A DNA stretch of 64,000 nucleotides from Eledone cirrhosa (lineage: Eukaryota). The notes under the pieces are model-generated. The model did no database searches and was not told the origin of the DNA. It saw only the letters and a list, made by a program, of their open reading frames with translations. The stretch lies in NCBI GenBank assembly GCA_964016885.1, contig OZ024764.1, forward strand, positions 10,912,001 to 10,976,000, in the 5' to 3' direction. Shown here one piece after another: positions 58,703 to 64,000 of the stretch. Positions within the stretch are counted from its first letter, which is position 1. Each line of letters starts with the position of its first letter. A program made the translations under genes and the position numbers.

Positions 58703-61419
58703 TGCAAAATTATTTCTATAATTATCTAATCTTACATAGAGAGAGGGAGAGGGAGTGAATTAAGATAGAGGGGGAAGGAGAGTAAACACGCACACGCACA
58801 CGCACACGCATATATATATATATATATATATAATTAAACATATATGTATATATATATATATATATAATTAAACATATATGTATATATATATATATATAAT
58901 TAAACTTTAATCTGTACTAATAATATATATAAATATATACATATGTGTGCATAAAGTTGTACATTTGTACTAATAATTGTTTCTACTTTTGGCACAAGGC
59001 CAGCAAATTATCCAGTGCATTACTGGAACTGCACTGGATAATTGCTGGTACATTTATACTTAATAATATATATAAATACATACATATGTGTGCATAAAGT
59101 TGTACATTTTTATTTTTCTTATTCACTGCGATCCTTTACTTCCGGTCCCTACCCACTAACATCTTTACCAATTCCACCTGTAATTACATTATTTACAACT
59201 CAATCCACACGTCCACCTTATAGATTTAATAATTTCAAGGTATTTCAACTTTATTCTAGTAATTTTTACTTCAGTTTATTGTGTTTTCTTCTTAAAATAT
59301 TTCTAACTAATTTTCTCTTTATTCTTTCGTCTTCATCTTCTTTCCAGATGAAATATTTTCAGACTGTCAACTAATCTTATTGTTTGTTGTTATTTTCTAT
59401 AAAACACTAAATATAGAACTGATTTATAAGTAATTATCATCTTCAACGATCTCTGTTACACGGTGTATCTTCCTTTATACCAGAGAAGATAGATAAATGT
59501 ATATTTATCCCAGTCAGATCATTAACACCATTTCTCTCTCTCTGGACTGGGTTGTGTGTTGTGTTCTTGAGCAAAACACTTGATGTTGCTTCAGTAGATT
59601 CAACTGAAAATGAGTACCAACTATAGCTGGGAGTTTAACCCTGCGATGGTCTGGTGTCCTGTCCAGGGGGGAATATTGTCAGTCGCTTAAACGGATAACC
59701 ACCGACCTGGTGAACCCCCGGGCTTGAGACTGACTTAGACATCCTCAACGATCTATGTTACACAGTGTATCTTCCTTTACACCAGAGAAGATAGATAGCA
59801 AATGTATATTTATCCCAGTCAGATCACTAACACAATCTCTCTTTCCCTTATTAACCTTTGTTGTCAGTTTGACTAGAAGAAGGATCCATCCGATTTTAAT
59901 ACTGGTGTGGATGGGACTCCTTATTCAACGTGGTGACAATCTTTCAAGTAGTCAACGGCTTCGTCCTTGTGATGAAGGCGAATGAGCTGTGGCTTTGTAG
60001 CCAGATTCCGAGTAATGGTTGAACGAGCATTCGGGACCTACCGATGTCACATTTTTCCTGGTGAGAATCATAACAATACAGCATCATATAGATTAGCAGT
60101 GATGCCATCAACCATGATCTCCCACCCTCAGTAATGAGAAAAAGAAGAGATCAGACCAGACCCGGAACTTATATCATACAGAACAGTTATAAACACTGAC
60201 ACCGCCCCCAGTTGTCTTCACTGAACAACTGATCATTCATATAACATTTATATAAATTAGCATTGGTGCATGTGTCCATGGTCCTCCAACCTCAGCAACG
60301 AGGATAGGAAGGGACAAGACCAGCACAGACCTGTTTGTAACTGCCGACAGTCAATAACTGGTTACAAAATGCTTTGCTCGTGTAGATCAGCAAAACTAGG
60401 GAGTTTGTCATGCCTTGACATAACCAAAGTGTCCTCCCAATCTTTTGTTTGGAAAGCTTTCTACAGTCGAATGCCCTTCCTAACACCAGCCTCCTTACAG
60501 CGAGTACTTGGTGCATTCCTCCCCCGGTTTATGTAAATGTAGGCAGAGTTAGCTGAGAAATGAGGTAAAATGGGAAGATTTTTTACATAATGAAAGCTAT
60601 ACACATTTTCACAAGAGAAGACATCTCTCACTCAGTTTCTTGTTTCCTTGCCCCTGTATGAACGAAAGCAATATAATCTGTAAATATGCAGACTTCACAT
60701 AAAGTATCGTGATGTAATTTCAGTAACAAATATAAAAGTAAACTTCAGTCGTTGATGTAAAAGATTAAATCTATTATTTAACAATGTAAAGATGTAGTAA
60801 AAGTTCCTCGGTTAAATCAGAGTTATTAAAAATATCTGCTAAAGCTTAAAATGTTTTGATAGCTGACCTCAGATCGCTGAAGCTCACAGAGGAGATGACG
60901 AGGGACCGTGACGAACAGAGAGATGCTGTGCTGAATAAGACCCATCCCACTCTTGCAAGCAGAGAAAAGCAGACGTAAAATGATGATGATTTAAATGTAT
61001 GCATATGCACTTGTTAAAAAATCCACTAAAGCTTAAAATGTTTCTCTATTATTTCTGAATTCAGATGACATTGGTATTAAAGTATATTTTTACCTTGGAT
61101 ACATCATCAATATTTATCATCATTTAAAGACTAAAAGAAGTTGTTGTACAGAACAGATATAACCCTGTTTATATAAATCTTTGGCAGAATTACTGAAATA
61201 TTTCCTCTGGCTGAGTTTATTAGCAAGAATTCTCTACTTCACTGTTTGGAATGTGTACAAGATGAATTTATATTTTACCTAAACTTGGATAACATGGTAC
61301 AACATCTTCGGATATCAAAAAAGATCACAGTTGATGGAAATATAATGGAAGAAATACTTGTTAGGAATATTATATGAAAAAATAAAACATCAGTATATTT
61401 TGTCGAGAGAAGAAGCATT

Positions 61420-62367
61420 ATGGAAAATAAATTGTGTGAGAACAAGATTAAATATGAAACACAGTCTAAAAGTATTGAGTTACCTGATGAGATGCCAAAG
61501 AATACAGGAAAAACATCATACAGGTGTGATATCTGTAAAAAGTCATTCTCTCAAAAATTTAATCTCACCACACATCAGGCTATTCATACAGGAGTGAAAC
61601 CATATCACTGTGATATCTGTGGTAAATCATTCTCTCAAAAGGGTAATGTAAGTACTCACAGGCGTATTCATACAGGAGAGAAACCATATCAGTGTGATGT
61701 CTGTAGTAAATCATTCTTTCAACTAGGTGACTTAAGTAAACACAAGCGTATTCATACAGGAGAGAAACCATATCACTGTGATATCTGTGGTAAATCATTC
61801 TCTCGAAAAGATTATTTAACCACTCACAAATATACTCATACAGGAGACAAACCCTATTGCTGCAGTATCTGTGGTAAATCATTTTCTGTAAGTAGTGCCT
61901 TAACGACTCACCAACATATTCACACAGGAGAGAAACCATATCACTGTGATATCTGTGGTAAATCATTCCCTGAAAGTGGTAACTTAACAAAACATATACG
62001 CATTCATACTGGTGAGAAACCATATCATTGTGACATCTGTGATAAATCATTCTCTCAAAATTATATGTTAACCACACACAAATATACTCATGCTGGAGAG
62101 AAACCATATCACTGTGATATCTGTGGTAAATCATTCTCTGTAAAAAGTGTTTTGACTACTCACCAACGTATGCATACGGGAGAGAAAGCATATCACTGTG
62201 ATATCTGTGGTCAATCATTCTCGAGCAGAGGTAACTTAATTATTCACAAACGTGTTCATACAGGAGAGAAACCATATCACTGTGATATATGTGGTAAATC
62301 ATTCTCCCAAGCTGGCCACTTAACTAAACACAAATACATTCATACAGGAGAGAAACCATATCACTGA
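61420..62367 (+). CDS. C2H2 zinc-finger protein, 10 fingers, 315 aa
   Basis: Tandem C2H2 with TGEKPY linkers; ends in HTGEKPYH-stop because of a 2-bp deletion in an 11th finger. Confidence 0.92.
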   Translation: MENKLCENKIKYETQSKSIELPDEMPKNTGKTSYRCDICKKSFSQKFNLTTHQAIHTGVKPYHCDICGKSFSQKGNVSTHRRIHTGEKPYQCDVCSKSFFQLGDLSKHKRIHTGEKPYHCDICGKSFSRKDYLTTHKYTHTGDKPYCCSICGKSFSVSSALTTHQHIHTGEKPYHCDICGKSFPESGNLTKHIRIHTGEKPYHCDICDKSFSQNYMLTTHKYTHAGEKPYHCDICGKSFSVKSVLTTHQRMHTGEKAYHCDICGQSFSSRGNLIIHKRVHTGEKPYHCDICGKSFSQAGHLTKHKYIHTGEKPYH

Positions 62368-62617
62368 TATCTGTGTTAAATCATCATCTCAGAAGAGATC
62401 TATAAAAGTAGCCTTAACAATATCAATGGCCATTGTATGAAAGAAATATTTTATATAACAATAAATATATTCACACATGTATGAAGATATTACAGTGTGT
62501 GAATACAACCTCACAACACTATTATAACAGTAGCACGCATGTAACACATGACAACGACTTTGTGTCAGATTTATATCAGAAACAATAATTTAATATCTTT
62601 ATCTTTCTCACTCACAC

Positions 62618-62798
62618 AGTGTTGACAAGATGGTTAGTGGAAGAAAAGCAATCATCTCTAGCTATCTATCTATTTTCTTATCTTTGGGCAATAAAAACAG
62701 CACCATCTATCTGTAAGTGTTGACAAGATGGTTAGTGGAAGAAAAGCAATCATCTATAGCTATCTATCTATTTTCTTATCTTTGGGCAATAAAAACAG
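62618..62798 (+). repeat. Direct duplication, ~98-bp period
   Basis: agtgttgacaagatggttagtggaag..aataaaaacag twice. Confidence 0.85.
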
Positions 62799-63213
62799 AG
62801 TTATGAGACAAATTAGTCTGGAGACTACATCATGTTCATATAGATCTATATTTTGATTTGGTTGCTATCCCCTTCCTAACACCAACCATATTACAGTGTG
62901 GACTGGGAGCTTTTTATCATGACATTGTACCATGCATGTGATTGTCATTTCCTGTGTGAGTCCCAAATTATTGACTTCTGACCTCATAATTTAATAAACA
63001 AAAATATAAATAAAACCGTCTTACTTTGAAATTATTCTCTTACCATTTTATATGTAAAATATCTGAGCAAGGCTTGTCGTGGCACAATAACATGCAGGAC
63101 TATATGTAAGTGAGATGAAAAACCCTGCTTCTGTACAGACACAGTGAGTGAAGTCCTGTCCAACCTTTGCTAGCAGAGAAAGTGAAATTTAAAAGATGAT
63201 TGATTATATATGT

Positions 63214-63360
63214 GAAGCGCATGATTTATTGGTTAGAGCTTTGGGCTTGCAATTGAAAGGTTGTGAGTTCGATTCTCAGACCGAGTGATGTGTTGTGTCC
63301 TTGAGCAAGACACTTTATTTCACATTGCTCCAGTTTACTCAGCTGTAGAAATGAGTTGCG
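63214..63360 (+). mobile_element. tRNA-derived SINE with V-like core
   Basis: gagttcgattc B-box, gtgtccttgagcaagacacttt; similar to 51479 copy. Confidence 0.72.
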
Positions 63361-63800
63361 ATACTGCCAAATCAATGGGTGGCAGTAGTTCCAGCTGCCA
63401 CCTTTCCACATCGAAAGACTGGTGTAGTGGTTCTGACAACAATGAGGCTTTGCAGATGATCAATACAAATTAACAATGGAAAGGTGCTCCAGCTCGAGTT
63501 AGAAGAGAACTATTGACCTTCAGGAGAAGCAGTGACCCCTGATTGTATTCAGCAACCAAAACAAATATGAAGTACACCAAATCCAATGCACCTAGGAGTG
63601 GCCCTGCTTCTTCTTATTTGCAAGTGTAAACTCTGCCAGATTAGATTAGATTAGATGTCTATATATATATATTTTTAATGTGGTGTACCCTTCGTGGTCC
63701 CGACTCTTTTCCTATATATGTTATTCCTGGTTCAATCGGGGGTAACCACAGTAAGTAAGGTACTCAATACATAGCAGAGTATAAATGTTTTAATATAGAA

Positions 63801-63900
63801 AAGCTTCTACAGGACTAGAACTGTTTAATTCGTGAGAAATCATCAGGAAGCTCATTGTTGATTTCTCACGAATGAAACAGTTCTAGTCCTGTAGAAGCTT
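63801..63900. ncRNA. Family E hammerhead present in both arms of a fold-back
   Basis: Minus arm: agcttc-CTGATGA-t ttc tcac gaa t-(T)AAA-cag..ctg-TA/gaagct; plus arm keeps GAAA but lacks CTGATGA. Confidence 0.7.
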
Positions 63901-64000
63901 TTCTATATTAAAACTATATATATAGACATCTAATCTAATCTAATTTGGCAGATTATATATATATATATTAATATAATATAATATAGAAATGGCTTCTACA

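Noticed and set aside
38279-62134. [10 protein letters not shown]-type ORFs opposite the ZNF genes
   Set aside because: Antisense shadow frames of the zinc-finger repeats

Overview
AT-rich eukaryotic DNA saturated with (TA)n/(TG)n/(TATG)n microsatellites. The repeat and zinc-finger style suggests a cephalopod (Octopus-like) genome; this is inference. Nearly all ORFs in the supplied track are microsatellite or antisense artefacts. The real genes are four tandem C2H2 zinc-finger genes in the right half (three on -, one on +), two of them a recent tandem duplicate with a conserved promoter block. The rest is transposon debris: RTE, CR1, Tx1, CRE-like and Penelope relics, a decayed Helitron, a TTAA/piggyBac-type MITE family and tRNA-derived SINEs. 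Three minisatellites grew out of transposon interiors, and a ~14 kb inverted duplication (17.8-31.8 kb) has a perfect 88-bp palindrome at its centre. The main unannotated signal is in the short unique islands inside the (TA)n tracts. Many of them, from about eight sequence-unrelated families, carry type I hammerhead ribozyme motifs (CUGANGA / GAAA / NUH with three helices). Several look structurally intact, one pair shows compensatory base changes, one sits in a 483-bp partial tandem (retrozyme/pLTR-like) unit, and several copies are fold-back inverted at the ribozyme. A Penelope-type RT relic in the same window is a plausible partner lineage. All RNA structures were folded by eye and need computational and experimental confirmation.
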